This document shows positions 49,301 to 62,057 of a DNA stretch of 64,000 nt, piece by piece (the first letter of the stretch is position 1; each line of letters starts with the position of its first letter). The DNA is from Paragordius varius (Eukaryota; Animalia; Nematomorpha): positions 3,906,001 to 3,970,000 of the forward strand of contig OZ176056.1 in assembly GCA_964247055.1 (NCBI GenBank). The letters run 5' to 3'. Made by a program: the position numbers and the translations under genes. The notes beneath the pieces were generated by a model, which was not told the DNA's origin, did no database searches, and was given only the letters and a program-made list of their open reading frames with translations.

Positions 49301-52300
49301 ACGCATATTACTCGTTGTATAGAAGGTATCTTTGTTTGACTTGCGCTAGGCAAACGCCTTTATTCGTAATTTCATTGTGACTAAGAATTAAAGGTGTATC
49401 ATATGAAGCCTGACTCCATTGACCATACCATCGAGAGGGGAAAGCACATGCTTCTATAAAATAAAAATTATTTAAAATAAAATTGGCTAAATCTACTTTA
49501 TATAATTTGATTTGAACAAAAGTTCTTTTTAGGTTTGATTAACAGAAAACATTTTTGTTAATGGGCTTTAAAGATGAAGAGTATTGAGATAACATCTTTT
49601 ATGAATTAATTAATTTGTTAAATTTACATGTACATTGTTTTATAGGCAAAAGACACCAAAGGGTTAAGTTATATTGGCCTTTTGTAAAATAAGGTAATTT
49701 GTTAGTATATAATATATATTACTACCAGAATTTAATTTTAAATCCGATCTACTAATAACATTAAAATTAACAAGTTGTTAACATTGACCATATGCCACTT
49801 TCAAAGGAAAAACACTCTTTACAGATAAAATGTAACAAGTGTTTAATGTAAAATTATAAAATAATAAAAAAATTAATAAATTAAAAAAAGGCCTAAAAGA
49901 TAAATCTACATTTTTAAATCAATCAATAGCTATTAAATGTGAAATATCCGTTTTAAAATTATATAATGTGTAACATGTGTGGTAAAAATTATTTTTTTAT
50001 AACTTGTCGCCTTTGCTCTGTAAAATACTATTGTAAAATATAAATTTTATTTTTACAAGAAAAAATATTTATTGCACATAAAATAATAAAGAATTTCAAA
50101 AAGCGGCAACCAAACTATCATAAAACTTTTTATGGTCCTTGTTATAAATATATTTACATAATGATTAAATACCGTTTTATTTATTTAAATAATATAATTA
50201 TTTTGTAAAGTATTTAAATTAATGTATATAGACACATATTATAAAATTTAAAGACTTAATTTATTTTATGTAAATTATTAGCATTGAAAAAGCATAAAAG
50301 AAATGTAGTGATATATAGTCATGTTCACCTGTATAGATTCGGCGGCATTTTATTAAAAATGAAGTATCAAAAGAAAAATAAATAAATTAATTTATGTTTT
50401 ATTTAAATTTATACGGTAAATTAACCAAAAAAATATTTTGTTAATTTTCTCATGATGACTTAGAAAAATTTTATTTCAGAATATAAATTAAAATATTTAC
50501 AGGTAAACGCCCTTTTCACCTTTTTTATGTTAAAATTTTAAGATATTAATTTTTTAACCAAAATTTGTCTTATCTTGCGCTAATTGTTTTTAATTATCAG
50601 AGAATCCATCTATACGATAATAATTAACCTAAATTTAATATTAAAATAGGTGGAAAAGTAAAATTTTTTAGTTAAATTACTTTAAAATTGCATTTAAACA
50701 AATTCCATCTTAATTCGATTACATAAATAAAAATAAATAATTTGATATTAAAATGTATTTTATAAAATTGATTAATTTATATTTATATCTAAATTTACAT
50801 ATATTTCATTTCTATTTACGGTACAATGAAAAATAATCGCATTTAAACTATGAAAGTTTTGAAAAATTATTATCTAATACCTATATTCCTATGATCAGGA
50901 AATATTAAAAATCAATTTTTATAAAAGTATATATCTATATATAACTTTTAAAAAAATAAAAAAGAATAGATCTCTTATACTTAAGGAGTTTTTTATTTGC
51001 CAGAAAATCAAAGCAATCCACTTTAATATATAAGTTTAGCAGGTGAAATCTTTAAAATTTTATAAAAATGAAATTTAATATATATATATATATATATATA
51101 TTTTTATTATTGTGAAATCATCACGTTTGAACTTTTTTATACATTCAACTTTAAACAACTTTGGTACAAATTGTGGTAATATTATCTATCTGATTATCTT
51201 TTAAAACTCATCAATTTGATATCAAATTATAATCATTTAGCAATTTATTAATAGTCATATATGCTAAAGACTATATGATATTATAAAAGTTTGACATATA
51301 TATTTTGACCCCAGAAAATATTTCTAATTACTACTTAAAATACAAAAAATATACCTGTGTAAAAACTTAAGTCACTGTGAAATTATAAACGGTATCCAAT
51401 ATTTATGAGATATATATTTATATAATAGGCAAAAAATTTAGAAATTGGCAGTAAATTTAATTCCAACCAAAATTTCGACATATTCCAGATGTGTCATGCA
51501 TAATATATTTATTCTACGGTGATATCAAAGGTGAACTAAACACAAATCGTGACAAATTTGTTTTTTTTCGTTCTGCTGATGTTACAGTTTTTTTTTTCAA
51601 TTTGTATTAGAGTTAAAAAAATTTTTGGATGGTCCAAAATTAAATTTGGAAAAGACAAAAATACTTAAACTGTATACCTGAACCACAAGTGATATGTAGA
51701 TTTTGACCCTGACAATATTAAGATTATATATCCAAAAAATCTGAAATAAGTCAAACCAGTATACGAAAAAAATATAATGTTGGACAATTTTTCACCATCC
51801 CGCAAATTTAACAAAAAACCTAAAAGTCACGTTTCAAATGACAATAAAACTATTTTTTGGATATTTACTAATTATCAGAGAATTATATTAACATTCATAT
51901 TTTGTATAGATATCAAAAGTAAAAAAGCATTAAAAAATTTCACACTGTGCATTCCACCAATTTTTTTTGGGGGGGGGAGGGAGTAAGACATGTCAGACAT
52001 TTGGGCGACAATTGAATTTTGGGTCGTTAATGGTTTTTGCCCTGTCAAGAAATATTTTTTATTTTTACAAAAAACAATGTTTAAATCACGTTTTCGGATA
52101 TTTTATCAAAATAAAAAGCTTTTAATTTTCTCTGTAAGTTAAAATCTGACATAAGTAGTATACTATATAGGTAAAATTTTTAATTAAGCAAAAAAGCCAT
52201 AAAAAAGCCGTTTAATTGCCTATAAAATTCGTGTATGCTAGAACATTCTGAGATTGCGCTTCTGGGAAAATGGAAAAGATAGAAATTTAAAAGAATGTTA

Positions 52301-55300
52301 GATTTTAAGATGCATTATATATTAATTTTGCTAATAAAAATGTTTAAATCTAATTAAGTATAGTATATATTTGTGAAATTATAATTAATATGCAATGTAC
52401 ATATCAAACATATAAAAAGTATATATATAATTAATTTTCTTTATGTAGTTAATCTCGATAATCGATATAACTTTCTGGTTACTCCAATTATATATTAGAA
52501 GCAAATTGGTTATATAACAATATTTTGAAACATTAAACAGATAATCTTTATAAACAAATGTTAAATGAATATTTTTAAGACCCTAAAACAACTTTAAGTA
52601 GGAACTTTTTATCCATACATCCTTATAAAAATATATTTAATTAAAATTAGCCCAGGTGTGCACAGGTATATTGGATTATTTTGAAAAAAATGTAAAATAT
52701 ATACATTTTTAATTAACTTTTTTATTTCGGTTTTTCTTTGGTTTTATGTAAATAATTCGTGTGTCGGCATGTTTAGATTAAGATTATATAATTAAAATTA
52801 ACAAAAAAATAATTACTTTTTTACGTTCATTTTGATTAATTTTATGATAAATATAAAAATTATAATTGAATTTAGAAAGGATATTATATTTGCATGAATT
52901 TTTATCAAAAGTATACCGCAAAAATGTTAACATCTAAAAGACTATACTCATTAGTTAAATATTTTTGAAAAATATTATAATTTTTTATATTAAACTCAAA
53001 TCTTGTAAAGGGTATTTTAAAGTTGCCGTAAAATAAAAAATCCAAAAGAATGAATCATAAGCAAACAGGGACTTAGAAGCCAAATAATATTTTTAACTAT
53101 AAATTTTTGATATTTATCGAAACTACTTTGAATATTTTGGCCAAATATTAATATCTTGAGAATTGAATAGATCACCAGTTAGTATTTTTCAAAAATCAAA
53201 TTACTTTTTTAGATATTAATTTCGAGTTTTACCGCTAATTTTAAACATAATGAATAAATACATTTTTTAATACTATTTTTATCGAAAATTTGTAAATTTT
53301 AAAAAAATACTTGGGGCATGGATAGAAGGATCATATAATCCATAATTTGGTTCCCAGAATAAGGATGATGTCGCAAAAATTTTTCGAATCAAAAAAGAAA
53401 TTTGAACAAAGTACGCAATAAAATTATTTAAAGTGATTGATTTCATTTTAAGAATGAATTTAATTATTATATCTATATTTTAGGGTAACATGGAATCGAA
53501 TATATGGTAAATTTTTTATTCAGGAGTGAAATAGATATTAAAACTTTATTTTAAAAAAATTAAATAAATTTTGCGCAACTACTGAAGAAATTAAACCGAA
53601 TAAATAAAGATATAAAGATATATCTAATCTTTTAGTAAATTTTATATATATATATGTATATTTTATCTCTTTAACATATGCTGTAAAAAATATATTATAT
53701 ATGTAAAACAAAATGAATGATGCACACTCTTATATAGAGTACTACTTATACTGTATATAAATGTATAAAAAGTATTGGTTTGTAATACCTGGTTAAGGTA
53801 TATAAATGTTAATGTTAAAATCTTACTTTTTAAAATATCCATGATATATTACTTTTGAATGCAGTTTTTATTTCAAAATTAAATTAATACTTATTTTATG
53901 ATAAAATTCTGATTAACACTCTAAAAAATGATATAAGATAAAAAAAAGTCTGAAAATATGGTTTTTTCTTTAATATTTGTGCTATTTCACAGATATATTT
54001 TTGGCATAGCTTAATTAAATTAATATATCCTTGATGTTAATTATATATATATATATAGTTACATTTAATTAAGATTTAATGAATTTTGACCAGTATTGTA
54101 TAAAGTGTGGCCTGTATATAGTATGGCACAGTGTATTTGACAATTTTTTTTCGAAAAAAAAACAATATATAAAGTTAAAACTATAGTATAAAAAATCACT
54201 AAAAACTAAAGTCAAAAAAAGTTGGAAATTCAAAAACATAGCTATTTTTTCAAATAAAAATAATTTATCATGTCCAAAATTTCTCTCTATTAGCTCTAAC
54301 TAACTAAATACGTACCTTAATAAACCAATTGTCCACTATATTACCCTATAAATTATTTATAACATGATTGGAAGGACTAAAATTCTATGGAAAAAAAATA
54401 ATTGTTCTGTACAAAATTTTATTTATCACAAAAAATCTAAAATAAAAAACCCATTTTTTTAATATTTACTAATTTGTTTTAAAAATATCTATGTATTTTT
54501 CCCACCAGTGAATAAAAAATAAAATTTATTAAATTCAAATTAATTATTATTAAAATTGGAGAATATATTAAGGGATTTTTTTACAAAAGAGGTTAAATAT
54601 ATTATATTTCCATACATATTAAATTTTAAAATATATTTTTATTAAACATATTTACACACCTCTCTATAACACGGGTATATTTTGTCATCATTTGTTTAAT
54701 TAATATTTTATTTGTGTCACCTCACCACACAAATTTAATTAATATATATATTTATATATATATTAATAATAATATATATTTTTGGCGAAAAAAAATTAAT
54801 TAAAAAATCAATAATAGAATACATGATATTATATATATATATATATATATATTATGTTACATTCAGGTAAACTTAGCATTCATGACAAGAATACTTTTCT
54901 AATTTTTTAAAATTTTTGATATAATAACTAAAATCCAAAAAAATTTATTTTTTCTATGTTTATCACTGTTAGAAGTGATCTAAAAAAAATTAACTATAAA
55001 TCTTGCCTTAAAATTAAAAATAAAAATGGCATCTAAGTATTTTGATATGAAACTGTTTTTTTTTAAACTAAATTTTATTTAAATATTAAGGCTTATTATA
55101 TGATTTTAATTAGGGTAGAAGCATAAATTTAAATCGGAACCGTTTCCTTCAGTAGTTTTTCCAAAATATCAACTTATATATTGTAAGGGGTACTTATATA
55201 TCCCAAAATGAATCGAAGTGCAAAATAATTAAATTAAATCAAATAAAAATACTGCGACTTTCTACCTAGACATAATTGTTAAATTGACTGTATCAAATAT

Positions 55301-58300
55301 AAATGAAACTTTTTGGAAAGACTTAAGGTAAATGTATGGATAGATAAAATCAAATTCAATGATAAAATTAAATAAGATCAAAAACATTAATATTTAAACA
55401 ATCACAAAAACTCTTTTTAACTTCCGATTAAGTCTACTACTGCTCTGATACTTTGTATTACAAATGACATCTTTTACCTGCTTTTTTACATATTAATAAT
55501 ATTTTTTTTAATTTAACTATTATTTTCAATAAGGTATTTGGATTAATAGTTATAAAACCTAATAAATTTTATTATATAATAAACATGGGATTAATCAAAA
55601 TATATTGTAATATATCCCTAAGAATCTTATAGACAGGTGAATCATGTATAAATAATAATATTAAAATATTTTTTAAATTTTTATTAAAATTTTTTATCCA
55701 TTTAAACATTATTACAATCCAAAAACCATATGGTACTTTGTCTATATCCAAATAATGAAAATCTCTGTGGGTGATTTTTAGATTCTGTCTGTGTAATAAC
55801 TGCAATATTGTTTGAAGTGCTAAGATAATTTATTAAAAAAAAAATATATACGAAATTACCTTAATTTTAGGTATAAAATGCTACTTACTATCTTGCATAA
55901 TTTTAAATAATTTTTATATATAATATTTGTGTTTTCAAGAGGTTTTTGAGGTTTTTATATATGTACAAAAAATGACATATATATATATATATATAATATA
56001 AATGTCCCCTACTGTGACAAATTACCTGCTAATGAAAATATTATTATTTTAAAAATCTACTCATACAGTAGCGTATGCCATAAAACATTTTTAGTCCATA
56101 AAAGAATAAAAAAATGTTTTCTATGCCTAAAGTTGTATATCTACGTATCATAATATCCGTTCTTTTTTTAAAACATACATTTTTTTATTCTTTTATGGAC
56201 TAATATTGTTTTATGCCATATGCTATTGTATTATATGTGGTTTTAGATGTTTTGCGAAGATACTTTCATAATAATTTTTGAGAGCAATATTTGCACATAT
56301 ATATTCTTTTTATAATGGTGAAATCAGTAATTTAATGCAGATGGCTAGATATTGAGCTAACCTCATAATTGCAAAATATTTGGCATTGGGTTTTTTCAAA
56401 TTTGTTTGGTTTTTTTACCAGTGTTAAAAAATCGTAATCGACACCACCATATTTTGTCAAAATAGCGTTGTATTACAAAGGTTAATTAAAGGGTCTCAAA
56501 AAGTTAAATGATTAAATTAAATCAGAATATCTCTATAAAATCCGATTTCCGATTATTTACAACTAGTTTCATTTCAAACAACAAAACCTATTAACTATAG
56601 GTAGTTGTTTTTTGTCATAAATTAGCTCAGAATGTGCATTAATCCATAGAAATTTTGAAAATTATAAATTAGGTGTAGTTTAGGTAAATTCAATTATAAT
56701 TATTAACTCGACCTGATTTTCCATTATACACAGGGATACTTTATCAATTAAAAAAATATTATTTAACTCTACAAAAAAATGCATTGCTCCTCATATTTTT
56801 ACAAGAAACAAAAACTTCTCATCATTCTTAAAATTATAAAAACTGACATAAATTTTTTGTATCGCCATTTCCACATCTGCAGCACTTCTCCTGGCAGATA
56901 TTCAAAAAGTCAAGTATATACACGATTTTTTTATAATCCTAGTAGTACTTAATTAACTGTGGGGTATGTATACACCCCTTCTACACCTTTCTAAGCCTCG
57001 TCTGCAAAACATATGTGTATCAGCCCGTTTCTATAATGCCACCATCGTTTAAGATATTTAAACAGTTTATACCGAGTTTTTCCTTAATTAACACCTCGAT
57101 TCAAATTGGGGTATCTAAATACCCCAGACAATATTTAAGTTGATATTTTTAAAAAAATATTGAAAGGAACGGTCCGAATTTAAATTTTCTCTTCTATCCT
57201 AATAAAAATTATTATAAATAAGCCAAAATATCTAAATAAAATTAGTTTTGAAAAAAGTTCTGTTTACCTTAGATAAATAAAAATATTTTTCAATAGATTT
57301 TATATTATGTTTGGTTTATTTATGTTATAAAAGTGCAAACTTTCGCCAGGGTTTCAATTTATTCCATAATTTCTTGGAATAATTAATTTTAAAAAACCTG
57401 TAAATAACTAACCAATTTAAATCTAAGGACTGAAATGATTGTGTTGTATCCAAGTGTTAATAGGAATAGGTATGATTAAATTTATAAAAAACTAGCTGGC
57501 CCTGTCACGCTTCGCTGTGACGTTCACCGATAATTATCCTTAATAATTTCCAATAAATAGAGGTAATGGAGATAAAAAATAATAAAAAACATATTTGATA
57601 AAAAGAATACTTTTTGTATGGGGTCAAATAATGACTCAAACTTAACCATATTAAAACTGTCCCTCATTAAAGTTAAAATTAACTATCATTGGAATTATTT
57701 AAAGATTTTCGTTTTACGAAATCATGGTTAAAAGTTTTATTTTATAATGTTCACACATTTGGATCAAGGAATATAAAATTAAATCACTTGTGGTCCCTTT
57801 TTGAAGGAAAGAATGATATTATACAAATTCCCAAGAAATGTGTTTAACTGATTTCGTATGGCTTCTTAAGTTTTTTTGAAAAATAGCTCCAAAACCACGC
57901 CATTTTTCTATGGCGTCTGAGTTTTAAACCGTTAGCCCGTACCCATAAACCTATATGGAAAAAGAGCTGAGTTAAATTCTTTGCCTTTATAGGGCAAATA
58001 TTTGGAATCATCTTTGATACCATCGTCTCATTAGTTATAAAAAACACCTCAATGCTAAATCGTTATATGATGCCGTATTTTTAGGGCACAAAGGCCCCAA
58101 ATTAACGGCTCAAAAAACGCCTTACCTTTTTTACCTAGTTACGGGTAATATTTAAAGCTTTTAATGAGCTCAATTTCATAAATTTTCTGTAAATTAGCTC
58201 CAACCAATTTCTATATAATGGCGCAGTCTAATTCAAGGGTAGGTAAAAAGCGTTTAGCAAAATATTTGCCTTTATAAGGGGAATATCTGAAATTATCATG

Positions 58301-60595
58301 GATTCCATATGTTCCCATTAGATTCATAGGTTTTCTGAAATTTGGCTACAAAGGCATGCTGTATCGATATGGTGAGGCAGTTTTAAGCGGGTTAACCTGG
58401 AGCGACACAAAAAAACGTTCGATTAAAATTTTTGCCTTAATTCGGGTAATACCTAAATAATTGATTCCATATGCTCTCGTGGGATTTTCGAAAAAATACC
58501 TCAAAACCAAAAATTCATTTTTGCATTTTTAGGGGTAATATTTCAAGCCCTTATTGAACTCATATGACCTGATAAGATTTCTGAAGGCATGCTGTATCCA
58601 TATGGTGACGCATTTTTACGCAAACAGCGCCCTACGCAGAAGCCAATATAAAAAGACATTCGAGAAATATTTTTGCCTTTATAGGGAACACCTAGAATCA
58701 TTATTCATTTCATATGTTCTAAATAGTTTTTGGAAAAATGGTTTAAAATTAAATAATAGTTCAATTATACTTTTTTTAGGGCGCAAAGGGCCTAATTAAC
58801 GGCTAATTTAAAAAAACTGCTAGACTTAAATTTTTGCCTTTTTACGGGTAATATTTGAGGCCAATATTGAACTTATGTGGCCTGATAAGTTTTTTGAAAA
58901 ATAACTTCTAAACAACGCAATTTCGATATGGTGGCGCAGTTTTAGCCGGGTAGCTCGCTACCCATAGGCTGATACAAAAAAAGCGCATGATTAAAATTTT
59001 TTCCTTTTTACGGAGAATACCTGGAATCATGATTGATTCCATATGCTCTCATTAGTTTTTGGAAAAATTGCCTCAAAACTAAAAATCATTCTATGGCGGC
59101 GCATTTTTCAGGGCGTGAAGAGCCTAATTAACGGCTAATTTTAAAAACCACAATTTTTGCCTTGTTACGTAACCTTTTGAACTCATATGGCCTGATAGGT
59201 TTTCTGAAATTTAGCCCCAAAGATACGCTTCCGGCTCATTTTGGCTTTATTTTAAATAATTTTTCAGAACAGAATTATCATTATAGACACTCGATTTTAA
59301 TAAAATTTTCGCAATAATTAAAAATCTAGTTTAGTTCACCCCCAAATATATTAAATTCCTTAATTACTTAATTTTTGTAAAAACCTAAAATTGTCGCCCC
59401 CCTCCATTATTTTGTACCAAAAAGGGGTTTAGAATTAATAAGCCCAGAGAATCCAAAAATTGTTTAAGTTTAGTTTCGGTTCCATTCTTGTTTTTGTCAA
59501 TTAGTATTTCGGTTTTATGTTTTTTAATTATAAATTTAAAATATTATAATAAATTATTAATTGTAAAATTCAAAATTAAAAAAAATAAAATCTTTATAAA
59601 ACCGCTAATGAGGGATCGGGCTTCACAAAAACGGTTTAATTTTTAATCACTGGTTGTATTTATACAATTTGGCTAAAAATTAGTGGTACACAGATAAATA
59701 TTCAAGATAATTATTAAGGTTTCGATATAAGGCGATTATCATCGCATTTTAGTTTTTTGAAATAACATTTTATAAGGATTTAAAATATTCATTTTTATTA
59801 TTTGGAAAACATAGTGATCAGGCATCACTGCTGTTTACTTCTAGAAATTTAGAACTATTGGAACTGTTTCAAACTTTTATTTAATATATTTCTTTTTTTT
59901 CAACATAATATTAACCATAATATATAATATTTTTAATCAAAGAAGATTCCTGTAATAATAGATATATTATTCGGGTATATAAAAATTAAAATCAAAAATA
60001 AAATGAAATTCAATTTAATTTAAAACAATAAGGCATATCGACATGTTTTTGGAAAGCAATCATTTAAAATTAATTTTTTAATAAAGTGGAATCAACACCA
60101 GATACAAAATTGGCTTAAAACCGGTAACAGTACCAGTTCTTACGACAACACTTAATTTTTTAAAAAATAAATAAACTAAGAAGCAAAAAATTGGAGGAAA
60201 ACCGATATTTTTCTTATGAATCTCGAACTTTTTAAATTATTAAACAAAATTATTGTTATATGAAATTCTTAAGAATTATGGCAAATATTACCTTTAAAGA
60301 TAACCGTATTTCGTGCTCTATAAGATTGTTTTGCAAAGAAGTCATTATTTGTCCTTTTTTCGATTTTGAGATTTTTTAGATCCGTACGTTTTGGAATTCG
60401 CTTAACAATGGCTCCATGTAAAATTTCATTGAAATTTTCGCTCTTTGTGGAATTCGAATTATTATTATATAAATATTGTCTTGGAATTAGCAAATCAGTT
60501 GATTTCAGATATAAAGAAATTTTAGCTTTCGATTGTGAGAGAAATGCGAAAATATTTGTTAATAATAAAATAATTGGAATTATATAATTGTTCAT
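41945..60595 (-). CDS. Uncharacterised Cys-rich secreted/membrane-anchored protein (DUF7044/7042/7043-type invertebrate family by recall), 15 exons, ~1105 aa
   Basis: Exons (minus): 60595-60292, 49453-49312, 47634-47567, 47485-47405, 47091-46645, 46557-46289, 46204-46096, 46011-45832, 45580-45319, 45195-45131, 44676-44584, 44470-43970, 43801-43713, 43179-43062, 42534-41945; all GT-AG and phase-consistent (3318 nt). Motifs CAFPSRWYGQW, KGVC, CYQCLFITEKHYNVLQYKESYC, CPFGDERYTFQY, CMAEWRDGSKNYLAG, CTFP, CPFAGLY, CHAHWEENGVNYVI. Exons 2-15 are solid; linking exon 1 (signal peptide MNNYIIPIILLLTNIFAFLSQSKA) across 10.8 kb rests on phase match only. Confidence 0.8.
42606..42872. mobile_element. MITE of the TATACCATTT / AAATTCACCC family
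   Basis: TATATACCATTTACAG..GAATTCACCC ... GGGTGAATTGTAAATGGT in the last intron of the minus-strand gene. Confidence 0.8.
43384..43654. mobile_element. MITE of the TATACCATTT / AAATTCACCC family
   Basis: TATATCATTTACATTTCAAATACACC ... GGGTGAATTTAAATTGTTCAAGGGAGAATTT...ATAAATAGTATA. Confidence 0.75.
44737..44995. mobile_element. MITE of the TATACCATTT / AAATTCACCC family (decayed)
   Basis: Internal AAAATAAATTAT.TGTTTTCGGGCTAATATAACT nearly identical to 6540-6575; right end GGGTAAATCTGAATTG...GTAAATGGATATA. Confidence 0.7.
47668..47974. mobile_element. MITE of the TATACCATTT / AAATTCACCC family (expanded left array)
   Basis: Five 21-bp AATT(C/T)ACCC-type units on the left, three inverted units and TGAATGGTA on the right. 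Confidence 0.75.
55100..55222 (+). mobile_element. 3' fragment of the TTAA-flanked MITE family
   Basis: ATAAATTTAAAT.GG.ACCGTTTCCT..AGTAGTTTTT and TGAATCGAAGTG shared with 2290-2380 and 23955-24050. Confidence 0.55.
56066..56228. mobile_element. Tc1/mariner-type MITE, 163 bp
   Basis: TA|CAGTAGCGTATGCCATAAAACA..TTAGTCCATAAAAGAATAAAAAA ... TTTTTTATTCTTTTATGGACTAA..TGTTTTATGCCATATGCTATTG|TA; ~50-bp TIR and TA flanks. Confidence 0.8.
57088..57460 (-). mobile_element. TTAA-flanked MITE, inverted and internally deleted copy
   Basis: TTAA|CACCTCGATTCAAATTGGGGTATCTAAATACCCCAG ... GTGTTGTATCCAAGTG|TTAA. Confidence 0.75.
57491..59230 (+). mobile_element. Probable non-autonomous Helitron-like element with an internal tandem-repeat array
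   Basis: Begins ACTAGCTGGCCCTGTCACGCTTCGCTGTGAC (resembles invertebrate non-autonomous Helitron starts); recurring modules GATTCCATATG, GCATGCTGTATC(G/C)ATATGGTG, TTTTTGCCTT..ACGGGTAATA, CCTAATTAACGGCT. Right boundary uncertain. Confidence 0.45.
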
Positions 60596-62057
60596 GGATG
60601 TTTTTTCCGGCCTCAAAATTAAATTTGGAAAAAAAATAAAATAAGCTGACAAACTTATTTTTAATTTTTTATATGTTGTGGAAACATGGCACACTTATCA
60701 GTTTAGAAGAAGTAGGTGTTATTATTTTAAATCATGTTTGAATATCCAACAGTTATAACCATAGAATATAATTTATCATACAAAGTATTAGATTTTGAAA
60801 GTGAGATAAGATCAACTAAATTCGAAAGGATGTCAAAAGTTTCCTTGCAAATCCAATTATATTTTTTTCAAATCGTATTAAAAGCTTTTAATCAAGTATA
60901 TTATAAACGACCATATAATTCATATTTGGATAAAATTATAATAATAAAAATATCACATCTCCAACGTGAATAAGAGCGCGCAAAAGGGAATACGGTTTTG
61001 ACAGATATTTGATAATGTATGCTCTTAAAAATGATGAAGTTTTTAATTTAAAATTTAGGATATATTAGTTTCAAATTCGGAGAAAAATTCTTGATAATCG
61101 AAAAAATTTGAATTATAAAAACGCAGAACACTAAAATTTTCAACATCACTTAAAATGTAAATTAAACAGATACATTCTGATTTTCAAAAAACACATACAT
61201 TGCATGTTCTTTAATCCATGATTAATGGTATATAGTTATAACTGGAGAGTAGCTGTGCAAAAAGATTATATTTTTTATAAAACAACACAATATACCTTAA
61301 AGTTTTTTTTACAATTTAAATAAATATAAAAATTTATTTCAGATAAAGGTGTTTGTATAAAACAAAATAATCAATACCTCTGCAAATTAACCTAGGGTCA
61401 AAATTAAACAAAAATGCAACCAAGTGTAAGGACCGTTAACACTGCGTATGAGACATTTTTTAGTTTAGTTGTCTTTTTTTCATATATTTTGCTTGCTGCT
61501 ATAAAATGTTAACTTGCTACTTCCTTTGTGTTTATATATCAAAGGAAAAAAAATTTCTGCTCTATAAAATTTCCCATTCCAAAAAATTGATTTAAGTATT
61601 TTTTTTACAATCCTTTGATCCTCTATTTTGAAAAATCCTCCAAAAATTTATTAAATGCGGCATATATATGAAGAGTAAACTAAATAAATAATTAAAATTT
61701 AAATAATACCGCATCATTTTTAGAAAATTAAGATATTTTTTGTTTAAAATGAAAGGATGAAAAATTAATAAATTTTAAATGTTAATTTCTATTTGCAAAA
61801 ATGATCATCCAATTGAAAACTAATGTCTTTGATGAGGAATGTATTTATAGTTTATGGATTTATTATTTAAAGTAAGTTATTTTTAACAATAATCGATAAT
61901 AAATCATTACTATAATGGACAACAGAACTAATTATTTATTTTATTTCGCAAAGATTTTTTTAAAATGTTTTTATTATTCAGCAAATTTTATTTTTATATA
62001 TAAATTAATTTTTTAACAAAAAGTAAATTTTACCCTCTAAATATCTGAAATATGAAG

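Noticed and set aside
50320-50352. Minus-strand ATG CCG CCG AAT CTA TAC AG|GT as an alternative first exon for the large gene
   Set aside because: Ends in phase 2 whereas exon 2 needs phase 1, and it offers no signal peptide.
55572-55830. Exon-like minus-strand segment (acceptor at ~55832, ORF 55572-55805)
   Set aside because: No recognisable motif and no donor that convincingly bridges in phase to 49453; left unassigned.
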